The notes under the pieces were generated by a model that did no database searches, had not been told where the DNA came from, and saw only the letters and a program-made list of their open reading frames with translations. From IMG/VR virus record IMGVR_UViG_3300046724_000204: DNA of 50,757 nt. One strand, given 5' to 3'. How positions within the stretch are numbered: the first letter of the stretch is position 1; each line of letters opens with the position of its first letter. A program made the position numbers and the translations under genes. Source of the DNA: a virus. Of this stretch, positions 1 through 8,149 are shown piece by piece.

Positions 1-127
1 AGCGGGACCGCTGGGTCCCAGAGTGCCGCCGATGCAGGTGTTCGGCGTGAACGGCAATCGTCCCGGGACCGGCGGCGCCATGCCAAGGATGCGGGCTTCG
101 TCCCAGGGCATGCCCACTCCATGAGCG
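1..127. repeat. Terminal overlap: nt 1-127 identical to nt 50631-50757 (circular closure of the contig)
   Basis: Read directly: AGCGGGACCGCTGGGTCCCAGAGTGCC...CCCACTCCATGAGCG is present at both ends. The copy carries the 3' end of the portal ORF and the first 7 nt of ORF 121..303. Confidence 0.95.
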
Positions 128-303
128 TGATCCACGCCATCGCGCACCTGTTCGGCTGGAACACCGGGCGCGTCGTGTCGGTGTACGACCGGCAACAAAA
201 CCTCTGGATGGCGTTCCGGTGCGCGACCTGCGGCCGCGTTAGCCACAAGGCGCTGAACTCGTTCTGTCACCCCGAGCCGTCAGATGAGGACTTCAGGGAA
301 TGA
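121..303 (+). CDS. Small hypothetical protein with a Cys/His cluster, translationally coupled to the portal gene
   Basis: 60-aa ORF whose ATG overlaps the portal stop (ATGA at 121-124, equal to 50751-50754). Contains FRCATCGRVSH...FCH. No family recognised. Confidence 0.5.
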   Translation: MSVIHAIAHLFGWNTGRVVSVYDRQQNLWMAFRCATCGRVSHKALNSFCHPEPSDEDFRE

Positions 304-348
304 CACTCGCGCCGGAGCGCACATGACCCGCGAACCCGCGCCCACCCC

Positions 349-531
349 ATGAGTGAAACCGTGGAAACCTGGGAAGCCATCAGCCCGTTCAACCGCCTGG
401 ATCGCATCCGCGTGCCGGGCGGCTGGATCTACCGCACGACGCACACCAACGCGGTGGCGCTGTGTTTCGTGCCTCTCGTGCCGGAAGATCCCGTGCTCAG
501 GACCGGCACACCCGACATTGCATCTCGCTGA
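349..531 (+). CDS. Small hypothetical protein
   Basis: 60-aa ORF in the same direction as the late operon, with motif RIRVPGGWIYRT. Its 3' end overlaps the convergent gene 497..1213 by 35 nt. No family recognised. Confidence 0.4.
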   Translation: MSETVETWEAISPFNRLDRIRVPGGWIYRTTHTNAVALCFVPLVPEDPVLRTGTPDIASR

Positions 532-1213
532 GCCGCTCTCGTGTATCACGGGGTATCCAGCCGGCCTCGAACTTCGCGCGGAGGTCCTTCAACGCGGCGG
601 GCTGAGAGTCCCGTTGGGGTGAGCGGAACGTGTGCCCGGTCTGGGCTTCCCAGGCTTCGCCCTCCAGATACGCCGGCAGGTTGTCGCGCCAGAGCCGGAA
701 CCAGTCGATCAGTCTCTGGAAGAAGCACCACATGCAGTCAGTGCGCGGTGGAATGGTGATGCTCCGGGCTTCGTTGAACGCGATCACGTCCGCGAGGCTC
801 ATCCCCGCCTCACGGAGTGGAAAACGCATCTCGACATCGGGCACGTTCTGGTAGTCGCCGCCCTCACGGGCGTCCTCGTCGGCGCGCAGGCCCACGTAGA
901 AGACGGCGGGGGCTGATTTCATCAGGAACGCGGCGAAGGGTTCGATTTTCAGTTGCCGTGTACACCAGCGTTGCCGCCAGTTCGGCAGCGCGTTGTAGTG
1001 CCGCATTAACCCCTCAAGGCCCCCGGGCAGCATGATGGGCTGGATCGGGCCGATGCGGTCCCGCAGCTGACGCATGTGCGCGAACCACTCGGGCGGTTCG
1101 TTGCCTGTCGGCGTGCAAACCCACTGAAATGGGATGTCTGGATGCGTTTCCCGCAGTAGCACGGCCATGGCCACGCTGTCTTTTCCGCCGGATATGGCGC
1201 CGATGTGTCGCAT
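497..1213 (-). CDS. PAPS-reductase / DndC / IbrA-family PP-loop protein (238 aa)
   Basis: ORF-track ORF 497..1777 trimmed to the internal ATG at 1213, because the upstream 188 aa are low-complexity and antisense to ORF 1356..2447. Shows the PP-loop AISGGKDS at the N-terminus, WCTRQLKIEP (C-x3-LK-x2-P signature of the family) and C-terminal Cys pairs CMWC and CRVC. Confidence 0.8.
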   Translation of the reverse strand: MRHIGAISGGKDSVAMAVLLRETHPDIPFQWVCTPTGNEPPEWFAHMRQLRDRIGPIQPIMLPGGLEGLMRHYNALPNWRQRWCTRQLKIEPFAAFLMKSAPAVFYVGLRADEDAREGGDYQNVPDVEMRFPLREAGMSLADVIAFNEARSITIPPRTDCMWCFFQRLIDWFRLWRDNLPAYLEGEAWEAQTGHTFRSPQRDSQPAALKDLRAKFEAGWIPRDTRERLSEMQCRVCRS

Positions 1214-1355
1214 GTGAAGGACCAGGGGTGTTTGGTGTTCAGCATGCTCCGTGTTGGTTTTGTCGGTCAACCCTCTGGACAACCAAACGAAACACGGCCC
1301 ATAAGCGATCCTGGTTTCAGCCCAGCACCTTCGGTGAAGCAAGCAGGACAACTCG

Positions 1356-2447
1356 GTGGCCGAAGACGACACCAACACGACACTGAGCGACGACTTCGCG
1401 GACCCGTCACCCGCGCCTGAAACCACGACCGAGACGCCGCCCTCGTCAGGCAACCAGACCAGCGACACGCAAGACGCGCCCTCGTCAGGCGACACCCCAC
1501 TGTCTGACCGGCAAGGACTGCTCGAAGCCGTCCGCGCGGTGGTCAAAACCCAGGAAACGCCCGCGCTACCCACTGAAGGCGCCGCGACACAAGGTGAGAC
1601 ACCAGACACGGCTGGGACCGCCCCGGGAGAAACCGGGGACCCAAAACCGGATGTCACGCCACCACCACCAGCCGCTGACCCGACCGCCGATGAACTCCGC
1701 AAGCTACGCCCGGAGACACGACGGCGGTTCGAACAGTTGCTGGCCCAACGCGATGAAGCCCGCGTCGCTCTGAACACGTTGCAGCCCGAGATCGAGCAGC
1801 ACCGCCAGCTTCAGGGTTATCTCAAGCAACACCAGCTTGCCCCCGACGACGTGAATATGCTGCTGGGGGTGGGCGCCGCGCTGCGGCGAGGCGACTACCA
1901 GGCTTTTCTCAACGGCGTCACGCCCTACGTGCAGGCCGCTCAGGAAGCCATCGGTCTGCGTCTCGCGCCGGACATGCAGCGCCAGGTGGACGAAGGGCTC
2001 ATCACCGAGGAAACCGCGCGCGAGGTCACGCGCATCCGTTTCCGGGCCAACCAGTCCGAGGAACGGCTGCGCGAGGAAACCACCTCCCGCGCCCAGGAAG
2101 ACCAGGGCCGCGCGCTCGAAGCCGTGCGCATGGCCGTGACCAACTGGGAAAACGACATCCGAACGAGGGACCCCGACTACTCCCTGAAAGCCAATGCTGT
2201 CCGGCGTTTCAGTCAGGCACTGCTGCAAGAGAAGGGCGCGCCGACCACGCCCGATCAGGCGGTGGCGCTGGTGACGGAAGCGTACCGCGAAGCGACCGGC
2301 GAGTTCGCGCGGCTGCGACCAGCCCCGCGACCGACACGGCCCGCTCCGTCCGGCATCAACGGCACATCGCACGGCGCGATGCCCGAGCCGACCTCCATGA
2401 AGGACGCTGTCCTGCTGGCGATGTCGAACATGAGGCGCGCGTCGTGA
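1356..2447 (+). CDS. Scaffolding protein candidate
   Basis: 363-aa ORF with a GTG start and AGGA 7 nt upstream, lying immediately upstream of the capsid gene. Acidic, Pro/Thr-rich N-terminus followed by a long charged helical-looking region (RRRFEQLLAQRDEARVALNTLQPEIEQHRQLQ...). The call rests on position and composition only. Confidence 0.45.
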   Translation: MAEDDTNTTLSDDFADPSPAPETTTETPPSSGNQTSDTQDAPSSGDTPLSDRQGLLEAVRAVVKTQETPALPTEGAATQGETPDTAGTAPGETGDPKPDVTPPPPAADPTADELRKLRPETRRRFEQLLAQRDEARVALNTLQPEIEQHRQLQGYLKQHQLAPDDVNMLLGVGAALRRGDYQAFLNGVTPYVQAAQEAIGLRLAPDMQRQVDEGLITEETAREVTRIRFRANQSEERLREETTSRAQEDQGRALEAVRMAVTNWENDIRTRDPDYSLKANAVRRFSQALLQEKGAPTTPDQAVALVTEAYREATGEFARLRPAPRPTRPAPSGINGTSHGAMPEPTSMKDAVLLAMSNMRRAS

Positions 2448-2466
2448 TGGTCAGGAACCTCACAAG

Positions 2467-3549
2467 ATGGCTTTCACAGCCGGAGAACTCGCCAACATAG
2501 CCAACGCCGCTCTGGATTTTTACTACAACAAGGGAGACACCTTCAAACAGTCGATCCAGGCCAAGCCCCTGCTCAAGTGGGCTGAGTCCAGTTCCAAGAG
2601 TTTCCCCGGCGGCAAGGGGAATATCTCGCTCGCCGTCAAGGGCGACTACGGCGCGGGCGGCACCAACGATCACGTCGTGGGTTACACGCATAACGACACG
2701 GTGAACTTCTACACGCCGGCCAATATCAAGCGGGCGAACTATCCGTGGCGCGAGCACCACATCGGTCTCACGCTGACGCACACTGAACTCAAGATCGACG
2801 GGATCAGCATCACCGACGACGCCGGCAACGGTTCGGACATGAGCAATCATTCCGACCGCGAAGTGACCGTGCTGGTGAACCTGCTTCAGGACAAGCTGGA
2901 GGACTTTGGCGAACAGTATGCGCGTAACATGAACACCTTGCTGTGGGGCGACGGGACCGCCGACCCCAAGGCGCTGGCCGGCATGCAGAGCATCATCCTG
3001 GACAGCCCGGCGGTTGGCACCACGGGGGGTCTGGCGAGGACCAACACATGGTGGCGCAACCGCGCGGCGACCACCGCTTTCGGCACCGCCGGGGGCAGGG
3101 GGCCGATCACGTCAAGCCCGACCAACGGCGGCGCTTTGATCGAGTTTCTGCAACAGGAGTACCGCCAGCTTATCCGTTACGGCGGCAGACCGAGCAAGGC
3201 ACTCGCCGGCAGCGCGTTCATCTCGGCGATGGAAATCGAGTTCCGCGCCAACGGCAACTACAGCATGACGGGTTTCACCGGCACGCAGGACGGTTCCATG
3301 GGGCAGCTTAAATTACCCGGCGGGACCATGATCGAGTACGACCCGACGCTCGATGATCTCGGCTTCACCAAACGGCTCTACTGGTGGGACCCGAGGCACA
3401 TCTACCTGATGAAAATGGACGGCGAGTGGGATCATCGTTTCACCCCCGCGCGGCCTTACAACACGTTCGTCATGTATAAAAGCCTCACCCATACCGGCCA
3501 GATGTGCGCGCAGCAACTCAATGGTTCGGGGGTTTACGATATCGCGTGA
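2467..3549 (+). CDS. Major capsid protein candidate
   Basis: 360-aa ORF following terminase, portal and the scaffold-like gene in the circular map. Size and position are typical of an HK97-fold coat protein. No diagnostic motif could be verified by eye. Confidence 0.6.
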   Translation: MAFTAGELANIANAALDFYYNKGDTFKQSIQAKPLLKWAESSSKSFPGGKGNISLAVKGDYGAGGTNDHVVGYTHNDTVNFYTPANIKRANYPWREHHIGLTLTHTELKIDGISITDDAGNGSDMSNHSDREVTVLVNLLQDKLEDFGEQYARNMNTLLWGDGTADPKALAGMQSIILDSPAVGTTGGLARTNTWWRNRAATTAFGTAGGRGPITSSPTNGGALIEFLQQEYRQLIRYGGRPSKALAGSAFISAMEIEFRANGNYSMTGFTGTQDGSMGQLKLPGGTMIEYDPTLDDLGFTKRLYWWDPRHIYLMKMDGEWDHRFTPARPYNTFVMYKSLTHTGQMCAQQLNGSGVYDIA

Positions 3550-3613
3550 CTTTCGCAACCGCCGGGACATGTCCGTCCCGGCGGTGTTTCTCGTGGGACA
3601 GGAGGATGCCCCA

Positions 3614-3835
3614 ATGCTGCACGCTTCGACCTTTGAATACCTGAAGCCGACTGACGATCAGATGCGAACCATGGCTCAGGCGCGCTCCGCTTTCGCGGAA
3701 CTTACTGTTGAACTCGACAACATCATACCGGATGGCCCGGATAAGACCTACATGCTGCGTCAACTCAGGGACTGCGCCATGTGGGCGAACATCGCGATCA
3801 CGCGCAACCCGGACGGCTCCCCGAGGACAGACTGA
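3614..3835 (+). CDS. Small helical protein resembling the Acb2-type (anti-CBASS cyclic-nucleotide sponge) hairpin family
   Basis: ORF 3521..3835 trimmed to ATG 3614 (GGAGGA at 3601-3606). The 73-aa product reads MLHASTFEYLKPTDDQMRTMAQARSAFAELTVELDNIIPDGPDKTYMLRQLRDCAMWANIAIT... The F-x-Y-x-x-P ... P-x-G-x-x-K ... L-R-x-L-x-x-x-x-MWAN-x-AI pattern and the position right after the capsid gene match that family as I remember it. Confidence 0.4.
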   Translation: MLHASTFEYLKPTDDQMRTMAQARSAFAELTVELDNIIPDGPDKTYMLRQLRDCAMWANIAITRNPDGSPRTD

Positions 3836-3836
3836 C

Positions 3837-4535
3837 ATGAACTTTCAGCTTTTGCGATGCTCCATCGCGCTCGCAGCCGATCCCGAACAGGTGGTGGTCC
3901 GCCACCGGGGAAGACCCATCGTCTTCCCGGAACTGATTGTCCTCCAGCATCTGCATGGCGAGGAAGCGATCCTTGATATCCATGTCGTGGGTGAGTGGGA
4001 TGCCACCCAGGCCGAGGTCCTGGAAAGACTAAGGCTCATTTATGGGGACAAGGCGGTCACCGAGGTGTTCCCGGGGGCGCGGCCCAGACTGCCCGTGGGG
4101 GACGGCACGCTACCCATGTGTGTCGAGCCGATCCATGTCCCGGGACCGACCCGGCCCGATAGCCCCGATCCACTCCTGAAACCCCTGGATATGTTCACCA
4201 TGCCGGCCTCGATGCCGCGCGTGGTGAATACATACAAGGACGAGCCGCCGCCGCCCGACGTATCGCTTGATCAGATCGCGGGACACGACGCCGATGAACT
4301 GGGTGACGATCCTCTGGGGTTGGTTGACGTGGTTACGGCGGCGGTCAAACCCGAGATGCCGGACGCCGCCTCGTTCCGCGCCCGGGACAATATCCGGGGC
4401 GAGGGCACCAGCGCGCCAAGGACGGCGGACCACCTGCCGGACGTGGCGGGCGGCGCCATGCGACGCGAGAGCGAGGGTAACCTCGCGGCGCGCACCGCGC
4501 GGGCGGCGCGGGTAGGCGCTTCCAGCAATGGGTAA
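3837..4535 (+). CDS. Hypothetical protein in the head module (232 aa)
   Basis: ORF 3708..4535 trimmed to ATG 3837, one nt after the previous stop. Its 3' end overlaps the next gene by 8 nt. No family recognised. Confidence 0.5.
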   Translation: MNFQLLRCSIALAADPEQVVVRHRGRPIVFPELIVLQHLHGEEAILDIHVVGEWDATQAEVLERLRLIYGDKAVTEVFPGARPRLPVGDGTLPMCVEPIHVPGPTRPDSPDPLLKPLDMFTMPASMPRVVNTYKDEPPPPDVSLDQIAGHDADELGDDPLGLVDVVTAAVKPEMPDAASFRARDNIRGEGTSAPRTADHLPDVAGGAMRRESEGNLAARTARAARVGASSNG

Positions 4536-5271
4536 ACAACTGCGCGACATGTTGACCGATTTGCGCGCCGAACTCGGGCACAGCACCAACGTCGCGCACG
4601 GCATCAATGACCGGGACACGTTGTTATACTATCTCAACCGCACCCAACTTGATCTGTACCGGGACTACGACTGGCCGCAACTGATCATCGACCGTGACAC
4701 CGAAATGGTTCAGGGCCAGCGATACTATCAATACCCCGTCGATCTGGGCTTCGAGGATATCTCGAAGCTCTGGCTCATATCAAACTCCAACATGTGGATT
4801 TCCAACGTCACCTACGGCATCGGTCCCCGCGAGATGCGGCTCTACGACAGCGAGGCCGGCGACCAGTCCTGGCCCCCACGCCGCTGGATGCACAACGCTG
4901 ACTCGGGGATGTTCGAGGTCTGGCCGATCCCCGACGCCACCACCACCATGCACGAGGGCCTGCTCAGGATGCGCGGGACCAAAACCGTGCAACCCATGAT
5001 CAACGACAGCGATCAGGCGACCCTGCCGGACCACCTGATCGTGATCTTCTGCGCCGCTGAGATCCTGGCCCGGGACGAGGCCAAGGACGCCCAACTGAAG
5101 ATGACCAAGGCGAACGAGATCATGCGCCGGCACCGTGTGCGCCAGTTCAGTCATAAGCGCGAGCCTTTCGTGATGGGCGGCGGCGGCGGGGATGCCAGGG
5201 CGCCGATGGGCGAGTTCGATACCGGCGTGGTGGGCCTGGATTACATTCCGCCAGGGTATCAGTCGGGCTGA
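4528..5271 (+). CDS. Head-tail adaptor / tail tubular protein A-like candidate
   Basis: 247-aa ORF. The N-terminus LRAELGHSTNVAHGINDRDTLLYYLNRTQLDLYRDYDWPQL resembles the N-terminal pattern of podoviral adaptor proteins. Its position downstream of the capsid gene fits. Confidence 0.35.
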   Translation: MGKQLRDMLTDLRAELGHSTNVAHGINDRDTLLYYLNRTQLDLYRDYDWPQLIIDRDTEMVQGQRYYQYPVDLGFEDISKLWLISNSNMWISNVTYGIGPREMRLYDSEAGDQSWPPRRWMHNADSGMFEVWPIPDATTTMHEGLLRMRGTKTVQPMINDSDQATLPDHLIVIFCAAEILARDEAKDAQLKMTKANEIMRRHRVRQFSHKREPFVMGGGGGDARAPMGEFDTGVVGLDYIPPGYQSG

Positions 5272-5275
5272 TGAT

Positions 5276-6706
5276 GTGAGTAAAGTATTCAGTATTCAGG
5301 ACTTTAAGGAGGGTTTGGATGTACGCAAGTCACCGCTGACGGCGCCCGGCGGTTCGTTGCGTATCCTGGACAACTGTGTGATCACTCAGGGCGGCGAGAT
5401 CGAGAAACGCATGGCGTTCGTTCAGGTCGCCACGCTGCCTTCGCAGGCGGATTATCTGTTCGGTCAGGGCGATAACCTGCATGCGTTCGGCGTCGGTCTC
5501 GGCGCCATCGACTCCGGGACCAGCCCCGTTCCGATCATCCCGCACTCGCTGGAGGACCCCGGCGGTCCGGGACCCGTCGATCTCACCGACGTGGACGCGT
5601 TCGACACCGGGTCCACCGGGTTCTACGTGTGCGGTTTCAGAGCCGATGGCGACCCGATCAACTGGTGGAACAACGTCATCGTGCGCGACGCCGTGGGTGG
5701 CGCCCCCATCGCGAGCGCGGGGGCCTACGCCCGGACCCACAAAACCAAGATGTACCGGCTTACCACCACCTATCTGGAGTTTTCCGGGGTGAACGATCCC
5801 TCGGTCAACGATCCGGCCAGTACGGTCCATCCCGGTGCCGGGTTCATCAACCTCGCGGCGCATGACGCCGATGGTGAGGGGCTACAGGGCATGGAGGTGT
5901 TCTATGACAAGATGGCGGTGCTCGCCCGCCTGTTGACGCAGCTTTGGCGCCTGGACCCGGACCCGACCCAGGACGTGCTGGAACAAACACTCAGGATCGG
6001 CACGCTGGCGCCGCACAGCGTGGTGCAGTTCGGCACCGGAGATGTCCTGTTCCTGTCGGACTCAGGCGTGCGCAGCCTCAAGTCCCAGACCGTCACCACC
6101 ACGGCGGCGGTGTCCGACGTGGGATCGGCGGTTGATCCATTGCTCATCCAGCTGATCCGCACCGCGCTGGACAAGGCGCTCGACGCCCAGGCCGTGGTGC
6201 AGCCGATCACCGGGCGCTACTGGCTGGCCTGCGGCGACGAGGTCTTCGTGCTGAGTTATTTCCCGGCGGGCAACATCACCGCCTGGAGCCACTTCGTCCT
6301 GGACTTCTGGGTGAGCCAGTGGGCGGTCGTGCATAACCGGGTCTACGCCCGAAGCAGCGACAACAAGGTTTACCTCTACGGTGGCGTCGATGGCGCGACC
6401 TACGACAGTTGCAAGGTCACCGTGCGCACGCCGCACATGGACATCGAGGGACCGACCACGCGCAAGCGCATCCAGAGCGTGGACGTGATGTGCCAGGGCG
6501 CCTGGAGCGTCGCCATGGGCATGCTGCCCAACAACACCGAAGCCTTCGAACTGGTGGCGAACATCCAGGATAATACCTTCGGGCTTCAGAGCATTCCCTT
6601 CGCCGGTTACGGCACGCATGTGGGTGTTCACATGGAGCACCAGGCACCGGGTCCCGCGTTGCTGGCCTCGATCCACCTGAACACGGCTGAAGCGAGCGTG
6701 AAATGA
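5276..6706 (+). CDS. Virion structural protein (tail tubular / nozzle candidate)
   Basis: ORF 5192..6706 trimmed to GTG 5276, just after the previous stop at 5269-5271; 476 aa. The call rests on synteny only. Confidence 0.3.
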   Translation: MSKVFSIQDFKEGLDVRKSPLTAPGGSLRILDNCVITQGGEIEKRMAFVQVATLPSQADYLFGQGDNLHAFGVGLGAIDSGTSPVPIIPHSLEDPGGPGPVDLTDVDAFDTGSTGFYVCGFRADGDPINWWNNVIVRDAVGGAPIASAGAYARTHKTKMYRLTTTYLEFSGVNDPSVNDPASTVHPGAGFINLAAHDADGEGLQGMEVFYDKMAVLARLLTQLWRLDPDPTQDVLEQTLRIGTLAPHSVVQFGTGDVLFLSDSGVRSLKSQTVTTTAAVSDVGSAVDPLLIQLIRTALDKALDAQAVVQPITGRYWLACGDEVFVLSYFPAGNITAWSHFVLDFWVSQWAVVHNRVYARSSDNKVYLYGGVDGATYDSCKVTVRTPHMDIEGPTTRKRIQSVDVMCQGAWSVAMGMLPNNTEAFELVANIQDNTFGLQSIPFAGYGTHVGVHMEHQAPGPALLASIHLNTAEASVK

Positions 6707-7308
6707 CCGGCCCCGTGGTCACGCGCGAGCCCGTCACGCGGGCGGTGGTGGCACATATCCTCGCCAACCTGCGCGAGCATGACCGTCGCGAGATCCTGGC
6801 GTTGCGCTGGGACGACGACCTGGAGCGGCTGGCCGACGAGGTCATGGCACTGGCGTGCAACGATTTATGGCAATCCTTCTGGGTCGATGGCGAGCCGGTG
6901 GCGCTGATCGGCGCCACGCTGATCCGCCCCGGCGTGGTCATGATCTGCGGTTTCGGCACCAAACGCTGGAACCGGGTGATCCGACCGCTGAGCCGTTACG
7001 TGCTGGAAGAAATGCGGCCCGCCATCCTGCGCACCGAGGTGCATCGCGCCGAGGCTTACGCGATGGCCGCGAACACCCAGAACATACGCTGGATCAGGGG
7101 ACTGTTCGGCGGCGAGATCGAGGGCGTGCTGCGAGGCTACGGGCGTGACGGCGAGGACTTCGTCGTCCTGGGATGGAGACGCGACAATGTGTGGACCGAA
7201 GGGCGGCGGTCAGCCGTTCAAACCGACGCAGGTGTACCACCCGACGGCGGGACCGGACGCGGGCAAGGAGATCGTCGGCGATCCCGGCATCCCGCAGGAG
7301 TTCATTGA
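6703..7308 (+). CDS. Hypothetical virion-module protein, possibly T7 gp13 / GNAT-like internal virion protein
   Basis: ATGA overlap with the previous gene at 6703. The N-terminal AHILANLREHDRREILAL... and ...DGEPVALIGA... pattern recalls small acetyltransferase-fold internal virion proteins. The last ~40 codons overlap the next gene and look non-coding (R/G-rich). Confidence 0.3.
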   Translation: MTGPVVTREPVTRAVVAHILANLREHDRREILALRWDDDLERLADEVMALACNDLWQSFWVDGEPVALIGATLIRPGVVMICGFGTKRWNRVIRPLSRYVLEEMRPAILRTEVHRAEAYAMAANTQNIRWIRGLFGGEIEGVLRGYGRDGEDFVVLGWRRDNVWTEGRRSAVQTDAGVPPDGGTGRGQGDRRRSRHPAGVH

Positions 7309-8137
7309 TCGTGGCATCTATGACACCCAGGGTTACCAGAACCAGTTGCAACGCGACATTTCCGACAAGCAGTTGCAACAGCAGAAAGACATCTCCGACC
7401 AGCAACTGGCGTTCAACAAGCAACAGGTCGCGGACCAGAAAGCCCAGCAGGACAAGCTCCAGGCACAGGCCGATGCCCAGTCGGCGCGGCAGTCCACCTA
7501 CGACAAGGGCCGTGCCGATCTGCTGGCGGCGGGCAGCAAGCAGGTGGGCGACGCGTTCGCGCGTTTCTCGCCGGAGTACTTCAACGAGTACTCCAGCGAC
7601 TACCTGAAGAAAGCCACCGACGACATACAATACCAGAAAGATCTCGCCCAGAAGCAGTTGTTGTTCGGCCTCGCCCGGCAGGGGCTGAGTTCCAGTCAGG
7701 CGGCGGTGGATCAGCAAGGCCTGCTTGAGGAAGACAAGGGCCGCGCCGTGGCGGCGCAAACCCAGAACGCGCAGGACGCCACCAACACGCTGAAGGCCCA
7801 GGTCGCCGGCACCAAGCAAAACCTCCTGGGACAGGTGACGGCGGCTGAGTCCGTGGCGCCGCCCATCGCCGGGGTGAACGACCAGGCTGTCACCGCCGGC
7901 CTGGACACGACGCGGCAGGCGATCTCCGGCGTCACCAACACGTCGGGCGATGTCATCGCCAGCCTGGGCGGCGTGCCCACGGTGAGCCCGCTCACCAACA
8001 TCTTCACCAATGTCCTGGGCGGTGTCGGGTCCTACGTGGGCGGACAGAACGCCCTGGGTATCAGCAACAGCTACGCCAACAGCCGAAGCGCGGGCCTGGG
8101 CGGGACCAACCCGAACCGGTCCAGCACCGGTCCATAG
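7187..8137 (+). CDS. Q/A-rich coiled-coil protein, internal virion / ejection protein candidate
   Basis: ORF 7145..8137 trimmed to ATG 7187 (GGAG at about 7174). The 316-aa product starts MCGPKGG and has long Gln-rich heptad-like stretches (QNQLQRDISDKQLQQQKDISDQQLAFNKQQVADQKAQQDKLQAQ). Confidence 0.4.
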   Translation: MCGPKGGGQPFKPTQVYHPTAGPDAGKEIVGDPGIPQEFIDRGIYDTQGYQNQLQRDISDKQLQQQKDISDQQLAFNKQQVADQKAQQDKLQAQADAQSARQSTYDKGRADLLAAGSKQVGDAFARFSPEYFNEYSSDYLKKATDDIQYQKDLAQKQLLFGLARQGLSSSQAAVDQQGLLEEDKGRAVAAQTQNAQDATNTLKAQVAGTKQNLLGQVTAAESVAPPIAGVNDQAVTAGLDTTRQAISGVTNTSGDVIASLGGVPTVSPLTNIFTNVLGGVGSYVGGQNALGISNSYANSRSAGLGGTNPNRSSTGP

Positions 8138-8149
8138 GGAGCGACGCAC

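Noticed and set aside
1-127. Treating the 127-nt end duplication as a biological direct terminal repeat
   Set aside because: The repeat falls in the middle of the portal coding sequence with no associated non-coding features, and its length is typical of an assembler k-mer overlap. It is reported as circular closure only.
497-1777. Full 426-aa version of the minus-strand ORF containing the PAPS-reductase domain
   Set aside because: The N-terminal 188 aa are S/G/V/R low-complexity and lie antisense to the well-supported ORF 1356..2447. The PP-loop begins right after the internal ATG at 1213, so only 497..1213 is reported.
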